Part shown: in pieces, positions 52,375-64,000 of the stretch
Position numbering within the stretch: position 1 is the first letter of the stretch
How the letters are laid out: each line of letters starts with the position of its first letter
Assembly: GCA_030390025.1 (NCBI GenBank)
Contig: CM059435.1
Coordinates: forward strand, 38,936,001-39,000,000
Direction: 5' to 3'
Length of the DNA: 64,000 nucleotides
Source: Squalus acanthias
Taxonomy: Eukaryota
The notes under the pieces: model-generated
The model's input: the letters and a program-made list of their open reading frames with translations, nothing else
Database searches by the model: none
Told to the model about the DNA's origin: nothing
Position numbers and translations under genes: made by a program

Positions 52375-53576
52375 CTATGCAAATCTGGCCAGGATGAGTG
52401 CATCACGGGCAGCCATGTGCTCACGTGCTGCCGCTGCTGCTGGTAGATATGCCGCCGTTCGGTCCTCCTCCTCCTCATCTGAGGAGGCTATGAACTGAGC
52501 CACTTGCTCATCAGGAAGCTGCAAGACACGATGCTGTGCCATGTTGTGCAGTACACAGCAGACCACGACCATTCTGGAGACCCTGGCTGCTGAATACTGC
52601 AGGGCTCCACCTGATCTGTCAAGGCATCGGAATCGCATCTTCAGCAAGCCAATGGTTTGCTCGATGATGGACCTGGTCGAAATATGGCTGGCGTTGTAGC
52701 GCTCCTCAGCCTTGTTAGCTGGCCTCCTGATTGGCGTCATTAGCCACTTCTTCAGGGGTTAGCCCTTGTCACCAAGGAGCCATCCGTTAAGTTGGTTTGG
52801 CGGATTGAAGAGCGGAGGAACACTAGAGTTCCGCAGGATGAACGAGTCATGGCAACTACCACAGAACTTGGCGCAAACTTGCAAAATCTCCTTGTGGTTA
52901 CACACCAGCTGTACGTTGATGGAGTGGAAGCCCTTGCGGTTGACAAAGATAGCTGGGTTGTGATGAGGTGCCCTAAGGGCCACATGTGTACAGTCTATGA
53001 TGCCCTGCACCATTAGCAGGCCTGCCATATTTGCAAATCCAACTGAACGCGCGGTTATACTTGCTTGATCCCTTGAGAAGTGGATGTAATTGTGCGCCTT
53101 TGCAAAAAGGACATTGATAACCTGCGTGATGCAACTGTGGGCGGCCGACTGGGAGATGCCGCTGATGTCTGCTGATGATCCCTGGAAGGAGCCTGAAGCA
53201 AAAAAGTTGAGTGCGGTGGTGACTTTGACAGCCACTGGTAAGGGGTGTCCACCCGCTCCTCTGGGATCCAGGTGTTGGTGCAGCAGTGCGCAGATGTCTC
53301 CGACAACCACTCGCGAAAGTCTCAGCCTCCTTTGGCACTGCTGCTCAGTCATGTTGAGGTAGCTCATCCTCTGTCTGTAAACCCTGAGAGGGGGTATCTC
53401 CTGCGGAGACATGCTTCCATGTGCTGGTGCCTTCTGCCCTGTGCAGCATCAGGAGGGTGAGCAGGAAGTTGGCACTCCTGCTGCTGTTGCTGCTGAGCTG
53501 CCTGGTTCTGCTGCTGCCGTGGCTGCTCCTCATCTGAATCTGAGGTCCACGATGAAAGGAAATAAATGGTTCCCAT
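52375..53576 (-). pseudogene. Harbinger DDE transposase of element A (HARBI1-like), disrupted
   Basis: Motifs [66 protein letters not shown] and CCVLHN. In-frame TAA at 52761-52759 replaces the Y of GDKGYP, and there is a frameshift near 53400. AATAAA at 52156-52151. Confidence 0.9.
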
Positions 53577-56004
53577 GCTGCTGGCAAATACCTCCGTTGG
53601 GGAAGCGCTCAGTCCAAGCGGGGAGAGGGTCTTCCAAGGAGGTCCCACAGTTGAGAGATAGAAGCTGCAGCACCTCCGACTTCTGTAGGCCTGCTGAAAG
53701 ACCAGCGGAACAAAAGTTCTGCCACCTGCAACTGCTCCCTGATGAAAGCTCCATTTTAATGGTGGAGCTGCAGCTGTGAGGAGGCCACCCACTTGTCAAC
53801 CCGCCAGGATTAGCTGGCGTGGTTTAGGAGGGTCGTGCAAAATGCACAAAATGTGGCAAAATAACAAAGGCCTGTCAAAATAGGATTATAGAGGCCCTCA
53901 ACGACTATTTAAGGGTCGTAACTACCTCTCCCAACTGATGGAGGCGGGACCGAATCGCACCCATGAAACCCACCTCCAGCAAAATTGTGCGGAGGCAGGT
54001 TGGAGGCGGGTTCTGAACCCTCCCTCACTTTTTGCAATTTTGACAACTGTCCCGCCTCCAAACCCGCCTCCTCAGGGCTGGGAAAATCGCCCCCAATATT
54101 ATCTCTTTCGGTTAAAAAGTGAAAATGGTGACAGTCTAGTTTAAGAATCTGGGCTGAGCTGCATGTGGCTTTTGATACCAGCTAGAAACAAACAAATTGC
54201 CAAAATGTTCAGTGGCTATTTAGCCCAAATATGCTCTAATTTAGGTTTAATTGTCCTTATTTATTTTTTCTTGCCAATTTTCTCACTGCCCTCCTCAAGG
54301 TGTTAACTCCTTGCACCAGTCAGCCTTCCCATTTCCTTTGCAAAATGGCCATTATTCACGTTTGAGCCTTGGCAGGGAGTGCCAGCATGCTATATAATTG
54401 TGGGCTCCTAAATTAGAAAAGTGACTACAATTCAGAAGTACTTCATTGGCTGTGAAGTGCTTTGGGATGTTCTGAGGTCATGAAAGGCGCTATATAAATG
54501 AAAGTTCTTTCTTTTTTTGGGGTATCACAATCAAGCCAAATCTTGTCCTCTCCAAAATCATACACAGATTTCCAACAGAGATCACCTGTTAGGGAATGGG
54601 AAACCTGGATGATTATCTCCCAAAGCTAGGGCACTGAGGCCAATTCAAACATTCCTATCACCACCCTGGCTGATATCACCAACCCAGCAAAACTGGGGAT
54701 TGAACCGTTCTAGTATGTATACTTGGCTGTTCATCGGATAAACTCACTGAGCCACGAAGGGAGTCTTAATTGTCCTAGAAATTAATACTCCAATGGACAT
54801 TGTTAAAAACAAACAGTAATGGTAATCTAGATGCGCTTGTATCCATGATATTGTCTTTTTCACAAGAAATATGATATTTATAGTTTATTAGGCATCACAT
54901 AAAGAAAAGTTTAAGAATGATATTTTAGTCATTATGGATTTTCAGATTCAAATATAAAAACAAGAATAGGCACAGCATTGAAGACAGGAACACTGATACA
55001 TTAGACTCAGTGAGAACCATGATAGGAATACAGCACCACAGATCTGGGTGCAGATGACAGCCATTGGAGAAATAAAAATGAATGATTTACAAGTAAAAAT
55101 GTCAAGCTTTTAGTAAGAAATGTTGTTCAAATAACAAATATGATATTAACAGCATCCACCATTATTCTATTCAACATAATCCTTTAAATACTAATAATGA
55201 AAGTTTGAATCACGTCTCCTGGATTTTTTTTATTTGACTAAAAACACATTCATGAATTAGAAATTGAATTGAATTGGCTGTTCAAATGTAAGGGAGATGA
55301 CATCCATTGATGACCGACCATTTTTTCACCCGAAATCCGCACATGCATTTTCCAGCACAGGTCACTTCTGCAGTTAACGTAGCACAGAGTGGAGATTGAA
55401 TCTGGGAACCTTCCTGGTCAGCATCACATTTACTAACTGAGCCACTTTCTGCATAAGGAGTTTTTTCTATCCTCTGTTTTGCTTTTTTGTAATTATAATT
55501 ATAATTTTGTGCCTTCTCATTACTATCTCACTGGCTAATACCACAGATCCCCTTCCTGTTTTGTGTCTCATAGCCAAGAGCCAATTATTTTACAGGAATA
55601 ATTCTGCAGTCCAGCAGGGAAATGTTCCCATAGGGAGTACGAGTCAAAGATTTGGAGCCACAATGTTGTAGCCCCTGTCTCTGACTTGCACCCACATCAA
55701 GCATAATTTCCACACTGTGAGCATGGGACCATGGAACCACCTCTTATATGCCTTATGTTTATTTCCCTCCCTTATCTCATTACCATGCATTTGTCCACAT
55801 TAAATGTAATTTGTCACTCATCAGTCCACCTTCCCAACCTATCCAGATCCCTTTGAGAGAGTGCTGCATTGCCAGAGGTGTTGTCTTTCAGATAAGAAGT
55901 TAAACCAAAGTCTTGTCTGGCTGCTCAGGTAGACATAAAAGATCCAATGGCACTATTTGACGAGCAGGGGAGTTCTCCCAGTGTCTTGGCAACATTTATT
56001 CCGC

Positions 56005-56655
56005 CTCACCATCTACATACTGCCCCTTGGTGATGTCATCTGCAGAGATGGGGTCATCTTCAAATGTACAGTGATGGCAGCAGTTCTACCTCTCCAACAT
56101 CTCTCTCAAACCCTCCTGCCTCTGTGCTGTCAGACAGCTTGTCTGACATCTACTCTTGGATGAGCCACAATTTGCTCCATCAAAATATTGGGAAGACTGA
56201 AGTCATTGTCTTCAGCCTCTGCTACAAAATCCAGACCTTTGCTATCGATTCCATCCTCCTCTCCTAGCCAACCTTTCACTTCACCCTCAGCTCATCCAAT
56301 ATGCTGCTGCCCCTACTCTATCCCACCAGCAAATCCCGCTCACCCATCACCCATGTACTTGCTAACTCACATTGCTTCTCGATCCCCTAATGCCTCAACT
56401 TTAACATTTACATTCTTGCGTTTAAATCCCTTCATGACCTCACCCTTCCCTATCTCTGTAACCTCCTCAAGCTTTACACCCCAACCAAATTTTCTGTTCC
56501 TCAGACTGGCTATTTGATCTGAGCTTTAAACAACATATCCTTTCCATCAGCAAGATCATTTATTTCCAACTTTACAACATTGCCTGCCTGCACCCCTACT
56601 TCAGTCCATTGCCACCAAAGCCAATATCCACACCTTCATCACCTCTCGACTCAAT
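56005..56655 (+). mobile_element. L2 fragments; host of Harbinger B, with L2-like sequence resuming at about 60613-60950
   Basis: LSDIYSWMSHNLLHQNIGKTEVIVF is an L2 RT C-terminal pattern. Confidence 0.72.
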
Positions 56656-57137
56656 GGCCACAAAATTCAACTCTGTAGCGCCCGTTTTTTCGGCGCTATG
56701 AGTGCTGTTTGTATCCAAAATGGCATCCACGCCACACGCACACACTTCTGGTATGGGCCGTGCTGAATGCCATTTTGGTGAGGTCGTTAGCACGGGTGCT
56801 GGGAGCATGCACCAGAAGTATGAAGAGCAGGCAGATCAGCGTGTAACGCTGATTTGACACCATTGCTGCCATTTTCGACCTCAACACTCCAGCCAACGCC
56901 CTCTCTTAAAGATGTACAGCTGAACATGCCTTCAGCAGCAGGAAGGACCCTCCACCAGCGCTATTTAAAGGGATCCTCAACTACTTTCAGGTTAGTTGCT
57001 GATTGATTTCTACTGGCTCTTGGTGAGTTTCTGGAAGTGTTTGGTGGTTTGGTGTCTTATTTGAAGTTGCTGAAGTCTCCAGGGAGTGGTCTGACAGGTT
57101 ACATCAAGGCTTCTGCTCAGACCAGTTGCTCCCAGAA

Positions 57138-58275
57138 ATGGATGCAATAGTTTGCATCCGCCTTGGCCTGCAGCATGACAGGGAGAATAAACAGAGGAGA
57201 CACAGAGGAGGACAAGCTGCTCAAAGAGGGAGGAGCAGGAGGGGGAGGAGGAGGAGGAGGAGGGGGAGGAGTGTTCATAGCAGGAGACCAATCCACCCAG
57301 GGTCTTCAGGGAGCAATTCTCCTATCTCAACCTCAACGAGGAACAGTATATGCAACGTCTCTGCTTCATTAAGGAGGTGCTTGCTGAAATCTGCTACCTG
57401 TTGCAGGCAGAACTGCAGCCTCAGAGCAGGGTGAGGACAGCATTGCCAATGGCTGTGAAGGTGAGCCTGCCCATAAATTTTTATGCGTTGAGCTCCTTCC
57501 AAGTTGGAGCAGGCGATATTCCCAAGATCTCCCAGTTTGCCGTGCACTGTTGCATAAGGAGGTCATTGAGGCTCTGTATGCAAAGACAGTTGAATACATT
57601 TCCTTCTCTCTTACCAGAGAGACACAGGCGTAGCGAGCATGTGGCTTCGCCAGGACAGCAGGATTCCCCATGGTGTAGGGTGCCATTGATTGCACATATG
57701 TCACTTTGCAGGCGTCGCATGTGAATTTGGAGATGAACCGCAACCGGTAAGGATTCCACTCTCTCAATGTCCAGCTGGTGTGCAACTATACTCAGAGCAT
57801 CATGCAGGTCAATGCTCGGTATCCTGGCAGCAGTCATGATGCCTTCATTCTGCAGCAGTCCACTGTACCATTCGCATTTGAGCCACCACGACAAACCAGA
57901 GAGTGGCTACTGGGCGACAAGGGCTATCTGCTGACTCCCTGGCTTATGACTCTGGTGTGCAACCCAAGCACACATGGGTAGCATGCATCTAACGAAAGCC
58001 ATGCTGCCACACGGAATGTGATTGAGCTTAAACAACGCTTACGCTGGCTGGACTGCTCAAGAGGAGCCCTGCAGTACTCACCAGAGGGCGACTCATGATT
58101 CGTCGTGGTCTGTTGCATGATCCAGAACCTCGCCATCATGAGGGCACAGCCCTTGCCACCAAGTATAATGTGAAGAGCTGAGGAGGAGGAGGAGGATGGG
58201 AGGAGGCAACCAACACAACCCCTTTCTGGCTGGGATGTCCCTGATTGACTCATCTGATTGCGGTACCAGTGAATG
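57138..58275 (+). pseudogene. Harbinger DDE transposase of element B, multiply disrupted
   Basis: Fragments [55 protein letters not shown] and HAATRNVIE are spread across frames with stops and frameshifts. Confidence 0.85.
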
Positions 58276-58491
58276 CAACATCAATTCCCCATTCACCAAC
58301 AGTCCCACACCTCACCTTCCCTCTGTTACTGACCATCACAGCGTCCTCTTGGCCACCATAAAACAAACATTCCAAACCAAATTTATGAATCAAGCCATCC
58401 AATATTACATACCAAAGTCAACTAATTACCTTTGTGCATTCCCTTAGTGCCTATCTTCCATGTGCCTTTGCCTGTCCTAGTGCTCCAAGTG

Positions 58492-60282
58492 CTAGCCTAG
58501 TGGCTGCAGCATGGCTGGTGGAAGACTGCTGACTTGCAGTGGGGGAGACTGCAGCTGACCTTGCAGGATGACCTCATGCAGCTCTGGGCCTAGAAGACCT
58601 GGCTTTGGACGGTACCATTTCATCATGGGCGGCAGTAGTCCGGGCTGGCTGGCTGACAGGCAACAGCAAGGGCACTGGCAGAGTGATGGGGCGGGAGGAC
58701 GAATGCTGTCATCCTGAGAGAGGACAGCAGGTTTGTGCTCCATTGCCACTCCCCCTGGGCGATGCCTCAGCAATCCAATAATCTGTTGGAGGACAGATTG
58801 CTGGACTGCTGTGAAACTCTGCAAGCCCCTTTCAACACTGGTAACCGCAGCCACAATAGCAGCAGTCTGAGCTTCCATTGCAGCACCCAGACATTGGGTG
58901 GCTTCTGCTTGTGCTGCAATGGAAGCTGAGACATCGGCTGTCAGACACTGCATCATGGTTGGGTCCACAAGTGCGCTAATGGAGTTGGCCATCACTTCCA
59001 TGCTGGAAAGGATGGGCTCCAAGCTCTGCACAAAGTCCTGTGCAAGGTTGGTGCTGGCCTCCTCCATGCTCCTTGACATTGCACTCAGGCTTTCTGGCAG
59101 GCCTGCCAATGCACCAAGCATTTCATTGTACATACCCATCAGCCTTCTTCTGTAGGCTGTCCCATCGAAGGCCTCATCTAAGTCCTCTGCAGCAGAACTC
59201 ATGCATGACCTCGCCCTCCGGGGAGCTGGCACCTGCACTACCCTTGCTCCCTGCCCTGGCTGCAGGCCACTCATACCCGGTGTCTCACCACTTGCAGATC
59301 CCGTGTCTAACCTATCCTCTAAAGTACGCAGAGTGGCAGTATCTGAGCTGGTGGCTGTGAGTGTGAAATCGAGTGACAGTGCCGTGTCTTCAGCATCACT
59401 GCCTTCTTCCTCTTCCAGTTCTTGCTCCTCCACCACTGCCTGGTCAGGTTGCAGTTCTTGGCTATCTGAAAGGAGAAAAGCATGAGGGTAGGGTTGCAGT
59501 GAAGGGATGGGGGGAAAGTAAGAGGTGCATGCTTACACCATCTGCAGCTTGTAAATTAGAAGAGATTGTGGGATGAGGAGGAAGTGGGATGTGAGAAGGA
59601 GGATTGGGTATGAGGATACCATGATCTTCCATTGTTTCAGCCCCGCTGCTAGCCACAGGCTCAGCGCTGGCCGCTCCAATAATCTCCAGCACCGTCTCCC
59701 CCATGGGAGTTAGTTCATGCAGGTGCGCCTGTCTCCTTTTGGGTAGCCCCTGTTGCCTCCAGTTATGAGCCACCTTGTCTTGCAAGAGAGAGGGAAGTGT
59801 ATCAGTGAGTGTGGTGCAATGTGTTTGGTTGATATGCCTGTCATGGTTGAATAGCTGGCAGTGTGTGCAAGCTGTGAGATGTGGGTGTGAGGCTTGCAGC
59901 AGTGCTAAGTGTGTGAGGTTGAGGTGAAGCTATGAATGTGAGGTATGAGTCATTATTGATCGAGATTGTTGGTAGGTGAGTGAAGTGGAGGTGGTGAATT
60001 AAGCAGTGTCTGAGCCTATTGGTTCAGTTGTAAGGATTTGGCATTTGAAGATGAATTTGCTGTCATTAGACTTCTTGTGGCACTGCATCCAGGTCCTCGG
60101 GGCTACACTGCTGGCATTGACAGCAACGGCTATCTGCTCCCATTGCCTTCTCACAGTTTGTCTGGTGGGCCTCCTGGCCCCCTGTGGATAGAGGACCTCT
60201 CTCCTCCTGTCCACCTCCTGCACCAAGGCCTTCAGTGCTGTGTCGGAAAATCTTGGAGCCCGCTCTCTTCCTGTTTTGCCAT
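58492..60282 (-). pseudogene. Spliced Myb/SANT-like gene of element B (3 exons: about 60282-60050, 59780-59620, 59465-58492)
   Basis: Exon 1 reads APRFSDTALKALVQEVDRRREVLYP...WEQIAVAVNA...RTWMQCHKK, with a 1-nt frameshift after the ATG. Donor G|GTATCC at 59620 and acceptor cttttctcctttcag| at 59465 are phase-compatible. A long acidic, low-complexity third exon follows (314-aa ORF). Confidence 0.75.
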
Positions 60283-63255
60283 TAGTAAGTCTTCTTCCTG
60301 CTCAGAATGTCTTTCCCAGCCACTTCCAGCACCTGCTCCTGCCATGATGCACCTCCCCTTTAAGAGATGCAGGCTGTCTTTAAGTAGTGCAAGCTAGCTT
60401 TAAGTGGTGCTAGCCTCGTACGAACTTGAGCCCCCTGCTGAGGCTTGCAACCACTCAACAGCGTGTTTAGCACTGAGCTGCATGCTTTTATCATTTAAAT
60501 TAGCAGGCAGGACGAAGTTTACGCGCTGCCTGCATTGGACTCAACGGGCACGGGCTAATTGCGCATAGCGATTCCCGCGCCCATTTTATGGGGGCTATCG
60601 AATTTAGCCCCCAACCTCTCCAGCTCCTAGATGTTCCACATTAGGCGTTGCTCAGCCATCACCCCAATCCTCGCTGACCTACATTGGCATCCTGTTCACT
60701 AACGCATCAAATTTCTCATCCTTGTCCTTGTCTATAACTCCCTCCATGGCTTTTCCCTCTACCTCTGCAACATTCTCCCACCTTACATTCCTTCCCATGT
60801 TCTCTGATCCTCTGACTCTGGCCTCCAGTGCATCCCCCTCCCCTTTGGTGGCAGAGTTTTGAGCTACCTCAGCATTACTCTTTTTGACTCTCTCTGCAAT
60901 CTCCTCCACCTTTAAAGGCCTTACTAAAACACATTTCTTTGACCAAGGAAGTGATCAAGCATCTGGACATAGAACCTTACAGTACAGCTATCGGGCCAAA
61001 CATTATTTTTTGCAGCTGAGTTTCACTTGTAAAGATTGTTTACCCTGGATGGAGACAGCAATATAGTTTTGTTTTATTATCAATTTAAGATACCAGTTGA
61101 GGACTCTGGAATAGTTATTCACATAATAAGAGCCACTACTACTGCAGACTGTCATAATATTATCCACAAACTGTAACAAATTAAATAGTTACTAAGTAGT
61201 CATATATATGAGTTATTTTCCTACACTTTCTGAGCCAAATACTGTTCCTTAGATGAGAGCATTGGCAGGTGACCATTTCCCAGGTGTGTTTCAATGGATC
61301 TCTGTAATCAGTCTCTTGAAAGTGTGCAAAAACGACCTAGAATGACACCCTCTGATTGCCTCCTCCTTTCACTCATGCTTGGAAGGAAAATGCCCACTCT
61401 CTGATTAGTATCTGCCAAGCTTACGCGGAAAAATTGCTTTGTGGGGAGGCATGGGAACAAATCTATGTCCTATCATTCCATGCCTTAGCATGCTGGCCAT
61501 CCAACAAGCTGTGCGCCTTTAATGTAGCTTGTCTTGTCTGCGTGCTTTTGGGTAATATCAGTAGCACAAATCCTCATCCTATCCCTCTACTACATTGCAT
61601 ATTTGGAGCAGGAGCTCACCACCACATGTCCCATTACACTTACCTAATTTTAATAACGTATTAGTATTCAGGATGAATATTGGAACTATATGGAAATTCA
61701 GACAAATTTGACATCTGCTTTTCTTCTGGGTCATTAAAACTAGCCTGTTTATACTGTAGGGCATTTTCATTAACCAACAGGTAGAACAAAATCATGACTG
61801 TCAATGCCCTGACAGCTTCTAGCTTCTCTTGCTGCACCTGTCATGGTCTTTTGCAAGTTGTTTTTATGCGCCTTACACAGTTAGCTGCTTCTGTACTAGT
61901 GAGTGAAAGTTAAAATACTTGCAGAGTGGATAAATAAGATCAATATAGTAGGAAGCAAATTAGTAATACCCATACTCATCAACAATTTTCTCTGCTAATT
62001 TTCCTCTATCCCTCTGAAATTGTGGTATGGGTCCACTGGTGCTGAGTGCCCTCTGGTACCATGCCCAAGTGTTCATAATTAACCTTTGAACCTCAACATT
62101 GACTATCAGCAGACAGTTTGATCATGAGGGCCATCATAGCCAAGTCTGATCCTGTCCTTGCCCAACAGCCACACAGTCACATTTCCAGCAAGAGTTACAA
62201 TCAGGAGTGGCCAATTTTCCCTTGTTTAACCCAGACCACGGTGGCATCTTTACTCGCATTTCAACTGAAATCAGCTAACTTACCTGTGATCGCACAAGAT
62301 TGTGTAGCTCAGCTACGCACAAAATAATTTTGTTCAGCCATCAAGGGAATAATTATAAATCAAAGACACCATCTCAGCACTAGTTACAGCATAGCAGCCT
62401 TCATTACAAGTATTAAAGGAAAGAACTTGTATTTATTTATACGCCATCTTTCACGACCTCAGGACGTCCCAAAGCGCTTCACAGCCAATGAAGTACTTTT
62501 GAAGTGTAGTCACTGTTGTAATGTAGATAAACTGACTTGTAAGATATGATGTTGATGCTGCCCTTTTATTGCCATTGGCTTGTTAATATCCTGAGTTTGG
62601 CTGCCAACCTGTTGGATACACTGTAAGTGGCTCCACTGTACAGGACGCTGCACTGGTGACAGTGCATGTGGCTGTTTATTGGCTATATTTCACACTTACA
62701 CATGTATTCTATGAAGGACTTTGAAATATCAATTACACAAGTGACATAGCAGAATATCATGCGTGTGAATATTCCATTTATCCCTTTCACTGGGTAGAAA
62801 TTCCAACAGTAACGGGCATGAAAAATTGTTTGGTTATGGACAGTGATTATCGCTGTTTCCTCCAAGTGATTATTCATGAGTTCAGCAGAAGGTCATCTGG
62901 CCTGACAAGGGACACAGGTGCCTACAGTTGCGCCATCATCCTTCATGTAAGCTTGTTCGTCAATAGCTAACTCCACAACATCTTGTTAAACCTTTCTAAA
63001 TATGGCCGAGGTGACCATCATCCTCTAATATCCACATCAGCACACATTAATCACCAATCACTGTCTTTTAAACACTAGCTTTAAAAAGAAGGGAATATTT
63101 CACCATTATCACTTTATTCTCTTCATTTAGTCCCAGAACTAGCCTTTTAAACTGCAGTAGAAGCATTTAGACAATACACTAAGTCAACTTAAAAGTACAG
63201 TTTATCTGTGCTCTCTTCTATCGCCCAGGACAGCAGTTTGCTCCTTTCTCAGTCT

Positions 63256-63766
63256 TAGAAACATAGAAAAATAGGAGCAGCAGTAGGCCATTCGGCCCTT
63301 TGAGCCTGCTCCGCCATTCAATATGATCATGGCTGATCCTCTATCTCAATACCATATTCCCGTTCTCTCCCCATACCCCTTGATGCCTTTTGTGTCTAGA
63401 AATCTATCTATCTCCTTCTTAAATATATTCAGTGACTTGGCCTCCACAGCCTTCTGTGGTAGAGAATTCCACAGGTTCACCACCCTCTGAGTGAAGAAAT
63501 TTCTCCTCATCTCAGTCCTAAATATCCTACCCCATATCCTGAGACTGTGACCCCTCGTTCTAGACCCCCCAGCCAGAGGAAACATCCTCCCTGCATCCAG
63601 TCTGTCTAGCCCTGTCAGAATTTTATACGTTTCAATGAGATCCCCTCTCATTCTTCTAAACTCTAGTGAATACAGGCTGAGTCGACCCAATCTCTCCTCA
63701 TACAACAGTCCTGCCATCCCAGGAATCAGTCTGGTGAACCTTCGCTGCACTCCTTCTATGGCAAGT
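63256..63766 (-). mobile_element. CR1-clade LINE 3' end, young
   Basis: Intact 134-aa ORF2 C-terminus (QRRFTRLIPGM...WNSLPQKAVEA), the same 3' UTR as the 16-kb copy, and a TTCTATG tail. Confidence 0.93.
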
Positions 63767-64000
63767 ACTTCTGTTGCGCGCCTCCCTCTTCGTGCCTGTG
63801 ACCAAAAGCATGGTCTATGATATAAGGCAGGTGTTAAAGGAGGAGAAGGAAGGGTTTATGGAGGGAATTACAGGGTGTTGGGCTGATAGCACTGCCACAA
63901 ATGGTTGGGTGGAGGGAGGACTGGGATGCACAAAAGGCCGGAATCAGAGGGAAGGAAAGTTATAGGGGGAGGTTTGTAGGGCTGGAGGAGTTTCCAGAAA

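Larger units (their letters stand above)
51675..54094. mobile_element. PIF/Harbinger DNA transposon A (decayed, internally deleted)
   Basis: Perfect 16-bp TIR GGGGGCGATTTTCCCA at both ends, flanked by ATT / AAT. Contains a convergent HARBI1-like transposase and a Myb/SANT ORF. Confidence 0.9.
56656..60612. mobile_element. PIF/Harbinger DNA transposon B (near full length, decayed)
   Basis: Imperfect TIRs GGCCACAAAATTC / GGGGGCTAAATTC (9/13), flanked by AAT / AAC. It interrupts L2-like sequence and contains a convergent transposase and a three-exon Myb gene. Confidence 0.8.

Noticed and set aside
52375-53412. Host HARBI1 gene
   Set aside because: Bounded by TIRs, paired with a Myb ORF, and carries a nonsense codon and frameshift, so it is a transposon copy rather than the domesticated gene.

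Overview
Vertebrate genomic DNA, most likely a cartilaginous fish; the species group is inferred from the CR1/L2/Deu-SINE repeat content, not shown directly. The window holds one complete protein-coding gene, SALL4, on the minus strand. It has four coding exons (47497-47431, 25464-22843, 14059-13749, 12656-12231) with canonical GT-AG introns in consistent phase, giving a 3426-nt CDS (1141 aa). The protein has the N-terminal NuRD-binding motif, one C2HC finger, a Q-rich dimerisation region and seven C2H2 fingers. The remainder is intronic or intergenic and repeat-rich: many CR1, L2 and SINE fragments, two decayed two-gene PIF/Harbinger transposons upstream, two MITEs, an LF-SINE-like copy and a probable integrase relic. 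The most unusual items are (i) a very young Penelope-like insertion forming a perfect 96-bp hairpin with a minimal hammerhead ribozyme on each strand, (ii) four GG-ended DNA transposons with AWT-type target triplets, two of which differ at the middle base between ends, and (iii) candidate SALL4 regulatory features: promoter motifs, an out-of-frame overlapping uORF, a GC version of the SALL4B donor and alternative polyadenylation. I did not find a clearly novel multi-gene system. Comparisons to human SALL4 and to repeat consensus sequences are from memory and need alignment to confirm. Boundaries of old repeats are approximate.
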